Positions 11,801 through 23,800 of a stretch of DNA of 64,000 bases are shown here, piece after piece. The stretch's first letter is position 1. Every line of letters starts with the position of its first letter. Origin of the DNA: Oikopleura dioica (taxonomy: Eukaryota > Animalia > Chordata); assembly GCA_907165135.1 (NCBI GenBank), contig OU015568.1, positions 1,426,001-1,490,000 of the forward strand, in the 5' to 3' direction. The translations under genes and the position numbers were made by a program. Under the pieces are notes generated by a model. That model saw only the letters and a list, made by a program, of their open reading frames with translations. It ran no database searches and was not told the origin of the DNA.

Positions 11801-14800
11801 GGCCCTTCGGGCCGTCTCAGCCCCGTCTCTGGCAAATTTAAATTAAGGGGCTTGACGGCCCTTCGGGCCGTCTCAGCCCCGTCTCTGGCAAATTTAAATT
11901 AAGGGGCTTGACGGCCCTTCGGGCCGTCTCAGCCCCGTCTCTGGCAAATTTAAATTAAGGGGCTTGACGGCCCTTCGGGCCGTCTCAGCCCCGTCTCTGG
12001 CAAATTTAAATTAGGGGCTTGACGGCCCTTCGGGCCGTCTCAGCCCCGTCTCTGGCAAATTTAAATTAAGGGCTTGACGGCCCTTCGGGCCGTCTCAGCC
12101 CCGTCTCTGGCAAATTTAAATTAAGGGCTTGACGGCCCTTCGGGCCGTCTCAGCCCCGTCTCTGGCAAATTTAAATTAAGGGCTTGACGGCCCTTCGGGC
12201 CGTCTCAGCCCCGTCTCTGGCAAATTTAAATTAAGGGGCTTGACGGCCCTTCGGGCCGTCTCAGCCCCGTCTCTGGCAAATTTAAATTAAGGGCTTGACG
12301 GCCCTTCGGGCCGTCTCAGCCCCGTCTCTGGCAAATTTAAATTAAGGGCTTGACGGCCCTTCGGGCCGTCTCAGCCCCGTCTCTGGCAAATTTAAATTAA
12401 GGGCTTGACGGCCCTTCGGGCCGTCTCAGCCCCGTCTCTGGCAAATTTAAATTAAGGGCTTGACGGCCCTTCGGGCCGTCTCAGCCCCGTCTCTGGCAAA
12501 TTTAAATTAAGGGGCTTGACAATGGCTGGGAATGAGGTGATCAATCTCAGTCCCCAACCCCGCCCACTCCCATCGTTTTTAAAATTCAAATTGACAAAGT
12601 TTTCAATTATGTTATGGTTTTGAATTTATTTTTTCAATTTAAAGATTTCTTTTTATTATTATTTACAAATAATTATTATTAAGTTTATTCATTATTACTA
12701 AATGAAAGTCAAAGTTATAAGAATTGAAGGAGGAAGAAGTTTCTTAGGTCAATTATTGGTATTGAGAAAGGTGAATTGTGAAAAATGTTTCTAGACGGGG
12801 GGTTGTTGTTGTTCTTCGCGGAGGACCCACTCCCACGTGGCGCAAGATGCGCGCCAAAAAGAGCAAAAAGATTGGGACGAGAAAAACACGCGCAAATGCC
12901 CCAATCTATTTCCCCCTCCGTCGTGAAATCTCTCGCCCACGGTAGAACGGAATCGTTGCAGGAATATAAGTCTCTAATTTTCGGCCTGTCCAAGTTTTCA
13001 AAACAAAAATTTCAAGGCCTTTTCGACCCTGCGAACACGTGATATTCTCACGTGATAATGCGATTATGCAAGGTTCTCCCTAGAAAATTTCGGGGCTTCT
13101 AACGTTTGACCCTTGAATCAGCAAAATGCTTGCACTAGAAAATTGTCGCTTGAATGTTATTTTACTCATACATCATTTTACTTGAAAAATTTTCCTTCGC
13201 ATAGCCTCAAATTTGATAATTCATTTCGATAGGGTATCAAAGAAAAAACTCAAAAAACTCTTTTTTGATTGCATTGCGGGTCGCCTCATTTTTGATAAGG
13301 TTCATTGCGTTGCGTTATCAGTCCAAATTCGATCTAGGGCTAAAGCAACACTACCACGTCGTCAAAACTCCCCTGTTCTACGATATTACTATTTGCGGCG
13401 GATTTAAGGGTAATGCCGCTGCTAAAGCAAAAGCCAGACCGTGTAATTCGGAAAATTTGACGAGCTCTAGAATACTGTTATCTGGGCTTTATTTCTTGCT
13501 TCTCCAGGCGAATTATTAGATAATTTGAAAATAAAAATGATGCTTCTTCATTTTCTTTGAATCTAACCAAGAGATACCCTTAATTTTCTTTGAAATTTTC
13601 TATTTTATTTGACATTTTTCTTGAATTTTTGCGAAAAGGGCTTTAATTTTTTCGCTCTATCGAAATTTTAGAAAGTTTTCCTCTTCGGCCCTTTTAGTAC
13701 TGGAAAATTTGAGTCGATTAAATTTGAGCTCAACGGCCAAAAGGAAAAAAATCGTTCGAAAATTGCGCCGTTCGGGTTTGTATCTTGGCATTTTGTGGAA
13801 TTGCATTTGCGCTTCCGGAGCGCGTCATAAGCCTCATTCCACTGCTGAATATATTTAGACCAAAGCCAAGAATAGTAAATTTTACTAAAGCTCATCTCAA
13901 TTTTAATACCGTATTCGTTCCTTATCATCCGGTCATCAACCTTGCTTCAAAGAAACTCGTCATTACCGTGACCCTCATGTTATCAATTCAGACTGATAAG
14001 AACAAAAAAGGGAACTGGGAGACCGTATCTCCTCAATTACAAAGTTGTAATTGACTCAGAGCACACTTGATCTTATCTAACCTTTCCATAATTATTTCGA
14101 CGTGCAATTCTGTTTACCTATCAGCAGACTTGATAAAGTTTTTCCACAGAATCAAATTAAATTAACTTCAATCAATAGAATTGTGGCTGTAAGCTAATAT
14201 TTTCAAAACTTGATGGTTAATTCTGTTGAACAGGAATCAAATTGTTTTTGATCAACTTATTTATTCAATAATTCTATTGAAAATATCATCATCAACCGAA
14301 AATCACTGTATGAAATCTTCTTTTCTGTATTTGAGGGTGAAAACTTAAGGGTATCCTCGAGTTAACTATTTTTTGCGCTAGACGTTTTTCTGAGCCACAT
14401 TCAGATACCACAATAGCTAGATGTCTTAAGGGTGTAAAGCGAGAAATCCTTGTTCGAATTTTCAGACGAGGGGACCCTTAAAAAGGTCTTCCTTAAAAAA
14501 ATCCCACTAGAATAGGGACCCCCTTTTTGAGTTTTATAAAATAGAAAATATCGGTTAATTGATTCATAAAATTTTCTTGTAAAAGAAAAATTAGACACCT
14601 GTAAAACGAGGAAAAAGCTGTTCAAATTTTGACTTTTCATTTTATATTTTCGAAAAAACGTGACCTGCAACGAGCATAAACTTAGGCTTTTGAGAAAATT
14701 GAATTACATCTTTTTCGTGATAACCTGGTGGGGGTCGAGATTATTAGTTTGGGGATTGATGACTAAGTTCGTGGGGACTAGGTTCGTGGGACTAGGTTCG

Positions 14801-17800
14801 TAGGTGGTTATGCCAAAGTATGCAAGATGGGGTATGGTTTCCTTTCTATAAGGAACAATGTGGTGCGACTAGGTTCGTGGGACTAGGTTCGTAGGGGTGC
14901 TAGGTTCGTGGGTTTTGAAATTAGAGATTTTTCTATAAGTATTATAACTTATAATTTATAAGTATTATAAAAATTATAAATTTTTTTTATAAGGAACAAT
15001 TGAGTGCGACTAGGTTCGTGGGACTAGGTTCGTGGGTTTTGAAATTTTTTTTATAAGGAACAATTGAGTGCGACTTGGTTCGTGGGACTAGGTTCGTGAG
15101 TTTTGAATTTTTTTTTTATAAGGAACAATTGAGTGCGACTTGGTTCGTGGGACTAGGTTCGTGAGTTTTGAATTTTTTTATAAGGAACAATTGAGTGCGA
15201 CTAGGTTCGTGGGACTAGGTTCGTGAGTTTTGAATTTTTTTTTATAAGGAACAATTGAGTGCGACTAGGTTCGTGGGACTAGGTTCGTGGGTTTTGAAAT
15301 TTTTTTTTATAAGGAACAATTGAGTGCGACTAGGTTCGTGGGACTAGGTTCGTGAGTTTTGAAATTTTTTTTATAAGGAACAATTGAGTGCGACTAGGTT
15401 CGTGGGACTAGGTTCGTGAAGACTAGGTTCGTGAAGACTAGGTTCGTGAGACTAGGTTCGTGGGACTAGGTTCGTGGGACTAGGTTCGTGGGTTGTAAAA
15501 TTGGGTAAAGTTGAATGGTAAAAATGACTTTCCCACCCCCCCCCCCCCAAAATATGCCGCTAGGCTCTTTAACTGAATTTCTATGTTAGCGCTGAATAAC
15601 AATGGTTGCCTTAGAATAGAAACCCACGAACTTAGTCCCACGAACCTAGTCGCAACCCATTTTTCCTTATAAAAAAAAATTTTAAAAGCCACGAACCTAG
15701 TCCCACGAACCTAGTCGCACCCCATTTTCCTTATAAAAAAAATTTTTAAAAGCCACGAACCTAGTCCCACGAACCTAGTCGCACCTCCCTTTTCCTTATA
15801 AAAAAAATTTCAAAACCCACGAACCTAGTCTCACGAACCTAGTCGCACCCCACTTTTCCTTATAAAAAAAATTTCAAAACCCACGAACCTAGTCTCACGA
15901 ACCTAGTCGCACCCCACTTTTCCTTATAAAAAAAATTTCAAAACCCACGAACCTAGTCCCACAAACCTAGTCGCACATAGTTTTTCCTTATAGAATAAAA
16001 ATTCTAACCAATCAAAAACCCCCGAACCTATATTTAGATAGCAATATTATATTATATGATCATATAATTACAATACATATATATAAATAAATATATACAT
16101 ATAAATAACACTTAATCATTATAAATAAAAATATACATATAAAATCAAAAACTCACGAACCTAGTCCCACTAACCACGTTTTCCAGCCAGCCACCCACGA
16201 ACCTAGTCTCACGAACCTAGTCCCCACGAACTTAGTCATCCCACACTTAGTTTGTGTACCAACACCAGCAAATTTGCATAACATCTGTTGGTCGGGTAAT
16301 TGAAATGAGAAACGCGAAGGATTATTTTTTTGGATTAGAGGATTTTACGCTAGAAGTCAGCTGGAAAGAGGGCTGAAAAATTAAGCCCAAAGGGGTCGTT
16401 AAATATTCGAGCTGATTTTTCCACAGCGACACCCTTATTTTATCTAACCAAATGGTTCATTATTCTTTGTTCAGACTGAATTACAGTCGTTAATTTTAAT
16501 TTTTCAGTAGTTTTTTGTAATAATTAATGTACTCAGACCCTTATTTTGTCGTTTCATCAATAGTGGACACCCTTATCATTAATTTGATATTTTTTTTTGA
16601 AAATTCAAGATTTTGGGTTGTTAGAGATCTTTTTCTAAACTAGAAAAATATTTTTGTTAGATAAACTATTTGTTTTTTGTTCTGACTTTTTGAAACAAGC
16701 TGCAACTGTTTCTTTCAGAAAAAAAAATACACAATGTTGATCTAAGTTTCACCAAAACTGTTTTGGTGTTTTTTCGCGTTTTAGAAGTTGCAGAGCTTTT
16801 TTGACCTCGATGCGCTGGTTTCTGTTTATTGGAATGTTCCCGCCGACCTTTATCGGGAGAGTCTTATCGCGTTCTCAAGCAATTTTCGGGAAATGTACTT
16901 ACAGAATGTGGGAAAGGTCATGTGATCAGAGTTAGAGGCACTTTTATTCTCTTGAATAATGATTGCATAATTAAGGTACAAAATTATGAGATTGATACCC
17001 TTATTCTTGAATCCAAATTCTTTTATCAAAAATATAGTTCAAAATTAACGGTGTCAACATCGATTTTGGCAATTTTTGGAAAAGGTTAAGATTTGCCAGG
17101 CAACTAATTCCCTTTCAGTAAACTTGACATTGTTAGGGGTTTTCTCGGTAACCTCATGTTTCTCGTCGGCACATCAACAAAATTTTGATCATCTTGAAAT
17201 TCAAAAAATCTTCATTGCGGATTCCCCCTCGCCATAAAAATGCAATTAATCGTGGCAGGGCTCTCCTTTCGTTCAAGCATATTCTGCCGATTCGCCTCCC
17301 GAATCGTGTCCTTGCCGCAGTTGTGCTTATCCACCCCGCAAGAACCGTAAGAAGCGGACTAAAGTCTCTTCTTTCCGCTGAGAAATGAAAAATTGAAGCT
17401 TTGAAAGGATAAATTGTCGATTGCGTGAGCCCCGAATCGAAGTAAGCTTACCGGAACACGACTTTGCGATCCTGTTTTTGTGGCTTCTCAGAACATTTGT
17501 TCTTTTATCCCTTCGTACACCCTTGTTCGAATCTTAAACTGATCGACATGAAAAATCCTCGTTTATGGAAGATCTATCTTTTGATGCTGAAAGATAAGGC
17601 TGTCGCTCTTGAATTCAGGAGCTACAGTCATCTTAGTAGAAAAATCTTGAAATAATTTGTTTTTTGAACCTTGTTAACAAGCGCCCCTGCCGCAAAGCGA
17701 CCTTGTAGGGCACTTAGCTTCCCCGGAAGTGACCACAACAGAAGAAGTCGCTAAATCAAGGTTAGGACAGCGTGACAGTCTCGCGGCATCTTTTGAGATC

Positions 17801-20800
17801 TTTTGCTAACCGAGACTGAGGGAGCTGGACTTCGGAAGGAGAAGTTGAAAAGGACATTGGTCTAAAAAGCGCTAAAATGTGGCTCAAAAGACAGAAGAAA
17901 AAAAAACTTGCAAAAAATCGAGAAGCCGCTAGCGGCTTCGAGATAGCTCTATTTAAGCCGCGTTCCGCGCGGCTTCTTTTGATGTTAGCTCGAAGCCGCA
18001 AACGACATCTCGATTTTATTGGCAAAAAATTGGAAAAAACTTTCTTTTCAGGAAAAAAATGATAAGAAAACTCGGCTTTTATATTTCATAAAAAAGTAAC
18101 TGATATCGCTAGTGACGGTTTTATCAACATGGGCTAAGAAGCGCACCACAAACACGTTTTCTTCTTGCCGCAGTCTTTCGTTGATAGTTATCGAACCTCT
18201 AAATTTTCTAAAGGCGCCCACAAGTATACTTATACGCAATTAAGAAGAGTGTCGCAAGTTTCACTTTCGGAGAAGCCACTTCTTTTTCCCGTTCTTTTTT
18301 CAAGTCGCTCCGAAATTGATCCACTCTTGAGAATTTCTAAAATTTTAAAATTAACTCTGGAACGCCAAATATTTGGGCTCGCCGCTGATGGGACATCATA
18401 TCAAAAGTAAAGAGGCTTCTCGGCTTTTTTTCGTAACTTCTGAATTTAGCAAAGCTTCAAGCAAGCAGGTGCATATTTTTTTACAAGAATTCGAGCGTTG
18501 AAAAAACGTTATTTTCCGGAGAGATTCAGGCTTGATCCTCTTCTCGGAGCAATACCGTAAATAAGCAGAGCATTATTGTTAACTAACCAAGTATCGACTA
18601 TTGAGTAAGATTTATTTTCAGAGTATGCGAATGGGCATCTACGAGCCTTATCGGAGCCATTTTCCGCTGCGCCAAAATCCGATTCCATTCGACAAATCCG
18701 ACCTCGCCTCCGACTCACAACACCAAAGGTTTGCAAAATTATTCAATAGAAATCACAATTCTTGGAACATCATTTTAGAGCACTTCTTTGACTCTCCTTA
18801 AGCTTTTCAAAAACTGCTTGGTCAACTTTCTTTCACCAGGAAAATTAACATTCTCCTGATGAAATAAAGTTGACGACAAAAGCCGCGGTGCGGCTTTTTT
18901 TAAAACAAGCCGCACAGTATCTTTGCTTAATATTTATTATCAATATGAATTATACCTGATAATAACGATAAAATTTTCTTTTTTCAGACAAATATCAATT
19001 TTTGGCAGAGCTGCTTCGCGGCTTCGTTTTGAGAAGCCGCTACGCGGCTGTTTGCATCGATTTACTTTTCGCTGTTTTTCTTGCAATCGAACAAATTCTT
19101 AGTTAGCGCTTCGTAGTGATAATAATTCTCTAGGACAATATGGAAAATAAGTACAGTAAGGTTTGACTGTTTATACTGTTCATTCTGCTTTGAGATCTGC
19201 TATTTGTTTGGCGATCAACCAACTTATCTTTATTTTTCAGATAAATTGTAGAAATTAATTTTGACGGCCTTTTCTTGATTGCTAAATATACGAGGCCTTT
19301 TGACTGTTTGTAGTTGACTTCCGGCTCAATTAATTAAATCGATGTACGACACGTTCTACGTTATATTTCACTTTAGAAATTAAATGACCTTGAATCAAGA
19401 CGAAAAGTTTTTCTTTAATCTATTTATTTCGCGTTTTAGTCACCAAAAAGCAGATTCGCGGTATGGCGGGTACGATCCGACGCGGATGAAGCTGGTGACT
19501 GCAAATGGAGAATTCACACGTGATCGCAACGGTAACTACGAACAGCACATTCCTGCTCAAATGCAAGGCCAGCTAGCGAATAACAGACGCGGGCCGCAGA
19601 GCATGTACGGATCCACTGATTCTATTCACTCAGGAAACGGTTTATGCTTTTCTTTTTCAAAGGATTTTCGAATTTTTAACTGAAGATACGCTTATTTTTG
19701 CCAAGAATCGGCCATTTTGGCCTCATTTTGATCGATTTTTGACCTCTCCTAAGATTAAAATAATAATGGCTTCGTGAATAATTATTTAATAAAAGTGAAA
19801 GGTTGGAGTGACCAGCGTTTACACATCAAATAAGGTGACCCACCCTCTAAGCTTATTTTTTCCATAGAGCGTGTTCCGCTTTCTCAAATTAGTTGTTTGC
19901 TACCTCAGTATTAGAAAAGAGCATCACGCGTCCTTTACGTGTCGACTTACAGTATAAAACCGACAACAAGGCATTCAACAATTGTATACTTCGAATCTCG
20001 GCGCTAGAAACGGCCAGCTCAGGGGTTCGACGCGCAGTTTGGATCAATTCGGAGGTAAGAAAAATTAAAAAAAGAGATAAAACCTTGTTTTATTGGTTAA
20101 ATAATAAATATCTTGAACTTGATTGAATAATAATAATTGACAGAAATGATTTCAAATCTGATGATAAAAAATGACCCTTCTTTTCAAATTACCAAATTTT
20201 TGGCGAAGATTTTTTTTTGGGTTAAATAAGTGTTTTTAATAACTAGTTTTTTAAGTCTAGTGAGATTAATCTAAAAAGAAAAACGATGGCACGAATTGAC
20301 GAGAGTAGATGGTAGAACTGATACAATTGAGTTTTTAAAAGATTCTAGAGATTTTTAAATATTTTAAGCCTTTTCGGTTTTGACTGTGAAGCTGCTTGAG
20401 GATGATTCTCCGTCGAGTGGCGACTTTTCGTCGTCGATTTCGTCGAGATCTTCTTGCTTCAGTTTTCCCTGTACAGCTTTGAGCGCGAGTTCCTCTAGAA
20501 TTTTAGTTAAAATTGGGATTTTTGACAAAATTTTCCAAGGACAAGGGCACTTTTTGGAGAGGTGTCAGGAACCGACAAAAAAAAAATTCGACAAATTTTG
20601 CGTGGAAATTTTCAACCAATCAGAAGCCTGGATTTTGATAACCGGTCAATCAGCAGCCAAGTAGCTGCCCACGCAAAATTTGTCGAATTTTTTGTCGGTT
20701 CCTGATGCCACCCCGACTTTTTGTGTTAAAAATGAAAAATTAAGGGAGTCATGGGCTTAAATAAAGACAAAAAGTTCAACTAAAATGAAGAATCTACTAA

Positions 20801-23800
20801 CTACAGGTCGAAAATAGGAATTAATTTTTCACCTGACAGGTTCGAAATGTGAAAAATGAGAAGATATTCGTTTATCACCGTTGCCACTGTTCTCATTTTT
20901 TACCATGATGAAAACGGGACATAGATAGAAGTTACCTGATTTTTTGAGAATTTCTTGAACCCACGTGTGTCGAATGAAGGTGGCAACAATTTGATCCCGC
21001 TGCCGGATCAAGATTTCGATATCGCTTTCCTGGCACAGAGGATTTACATTTTTAATCGTTACAGATATGAACAAATGCTAGCTGGCAATTCTACCCTGGC
21101 ACCCGTAATAGCGGCAGTTACGATGTTGCGGGAATAAGGACATATCCTCCGACTGAAACATCAAATTTCAAGATACCGTGTCCTTCTTTTTTTAACTTTT
21201 TTCGCGGAAGATAATGAGTTGTACAAGGATTTGAAAATTGGCAATTGGAAATGGCAACTTCAAGTGCGCAAAAAACGCGTTTAATGAAGAGTAGGTCCTT
21301 AATAAAACTCATTTTTTGAACTTCAATTTGAGAGTTCCAAACAACAGTAAGCTTGGCCAGTAAAAATTGATCAGCTACAATATTGCTTTAGGTAAAAAAT
21401 TGAGAGATGTTAATCCACTTTACAAATTGGCATTTTCGATTTCTAAATTGACTGCTTGCCTCCTTAATTCAGCCGTCTGCTCGTTCATCTTCTTTCGCAC
21501 TTTTTGTTGAGCCAATTTGTTCCGTTCCCGACGGCGATTTCGTTTGTCCAGTTCATGGGGCGACTTCAAATGGGTTCAAAAAGATGAAACAGCAAAAAAA
21601 AATGAAGAAAAATTCCAAAAAGAAAACTAAATTTTTACGCTTATTCATTAAGCCCAAGAAGTTTGCTTTGGCGTTTATGACGGACTTATTCATGAAGCTT
21701 CTGAGTTTATGCGCAAGTTGACATAATATTCGCTTCTAAAAAGATCGCCAAAGTGCACACAGTCGTAAATCTTTTGACAAACACGCGGTTTTGCCAAATT
21801 TGGGACTCTCAATTTGTTTTTTAATTGTGGCATGTGCTGGGACTTTTTATTATCAATAAAGAGGGTAAAAATGATTAAAAATTATTTGCTCTCTCTTCAT
21901 TATTGTTCAATTTTTAACCCTTTTGGCAAAACTTCATCAGGTCTAGCCGGTTTCTTTCCTGGTCTTTTCTGCTCGGGAGTGACCACATATTCGGAGCCAT
22001 TCCATTTTTTGAGCGTTTCGGGATTGTCGAGACCATAAGTGAATGGCTGCGCCATTTCCTGGCTTATTTCTTTATCGGAGTTTTTTTTTTACAGTCAGGT
22101 CTTGCAATTGCGCGACCTGCAATTGCGCGGTTTTTGGGGAAAATCCGATACACAATTTGCACTATTTAGTGCATTTTAGGGCTTGCAATTACGTGGTTTT
22201 TGGCGTAAAACCCGAAAATAAAAACCGCGTAATTGCAAGACCTGACTGTATTAAAATTTGAAAATTTTGTATCGGAGAAAAAGGGAATTTCGGGGTAGGC
22301 TTCATTTCCCAAAGAGCTTCATCTGCCTCAGGCTGGGCCCCAGCCGCTGGGGAAACGAAGCTCTTGGGGGAATGAAGCCTACCCGGAATTTTGCATGGAT
22401 TAGTATTGAGATGAGTGTGAAAAAGCTGAATTAAAAACATTTGAAAACTCCGTTCCTTGTGAAGAGCGAATCTCTAAATTCTTCGAATAACTCTGTTCGT
22501 TTATTGAAGAAGTTGATGAATCTTTCGATGCTTGAATGTGTGCCATACAGATTGCGAGTGTCCAAATATTCGCTTATTTGCTCTTTTACTTTTTTGCGTT
22601 CGCCCCTTGCTTCTGATTGACCCCTGTCTGCCAGACGCTGGTCTGAAAAATGTTTTTACGTTCGATTTATTGATTAAATTCTTTCGAAATTGAGTCGAAA
22701 AAGGCACTAGAAACCCATTTTCGACTCGAAAGACTTTCTTAATTTGAGCACTAGAATAAAGTTCCACTGAAAAAAGCTTCCATTTTGCCCTCTAGAATGT
22801 CTCCCGTATCTTTCCGTTAGTAATAACTTACAGGCAGAGTACAGTAATCGTCTTTGTCAGCGTACTTTTCTCTAATAAAAAAGCTCGCTAATCGCGGCAG
22901 GGGGTCGTTTCTCGCTTCTGCGACATTCACGCTTTAGGTCTTTATTTGGTCGAGAAAAATGAATGACTCACCTCAGCACTCCCATGAATGTCTCTTTCTC
23001 TCTCTTTCTCAGAAATAATGACTCAATGTACTCAAACTAACTGGCCGTAAAATGGCTATTATTGAAGTCTGAGAGACTTTTCAGCACGAAAAAATGGGTC
23101 TCGAAAATTATAAAAAATAGTAAAAATAACTCAAAAAAAGAAGAATTCCGATAGTAACGAATTCCGTAAAAGCCGGAATGTGCGATTCCCGGAAAGAATG
23201 ATCGCTAGAAAACGATTCGAAAAAGCCAGGAATTCCGGATCGAAAATAGAGCTCGGTAAAAATTAGTAAACCGAAATAGGGGGCCGCGCCCGTTTTTAAC
23301 CCGTTGGGACACGGAAGTCCGTAACAAACGTTGCGGGTTAAAACGTGTTCAACTTGCTTTTAAAATAGATTCAAAACAGGCCGGAACAAGATGCGGAGGG
23401 CTTGTTATTCCCGTATATCATCCTCTAATTACGAAGTGTAATACTCTTGGATAATAACTATTTTCAACAAATGTAGCCACTTGATTAATTGCAGTTTCTA
23501 CCATTTCTATCCACTGTCGATCTTGTAACAAACACACCGGCGCCGGTTCTGGGGCAGCAAGGTCGAAAGACCGTAATTACCCAAACAATCGATCCTCTCC
23601 AACTAATCTCCTAACCGAATATCAAATAATGACGTTTATTCCAGGACAAAGCCAACTGGACCTGATCAAAAACGGAAACGGCAGAATGTCTCTCCGAAGC
23701 AACATGGGATCCAACAGCATGTCGAATATGCAGCAGTATCAACATCAACACCAACAGTATCAAAATCATTACCAGCAAATGCCGAATATGGGCCACTATC

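Noticed and set aside
11063-12520. CRISPR array
   Set aside because: The palindromic repeats have no unique spacers, there are no cas genes, and the context is eukaryotic; it is a tandem satellite.
13265-17390. Further nested genes in the large intron (13270-13470, 13770-13890, 17220-17360)
   Set aside because: Short open frames with no recognisable domain, and no consistent exon chain could be built.
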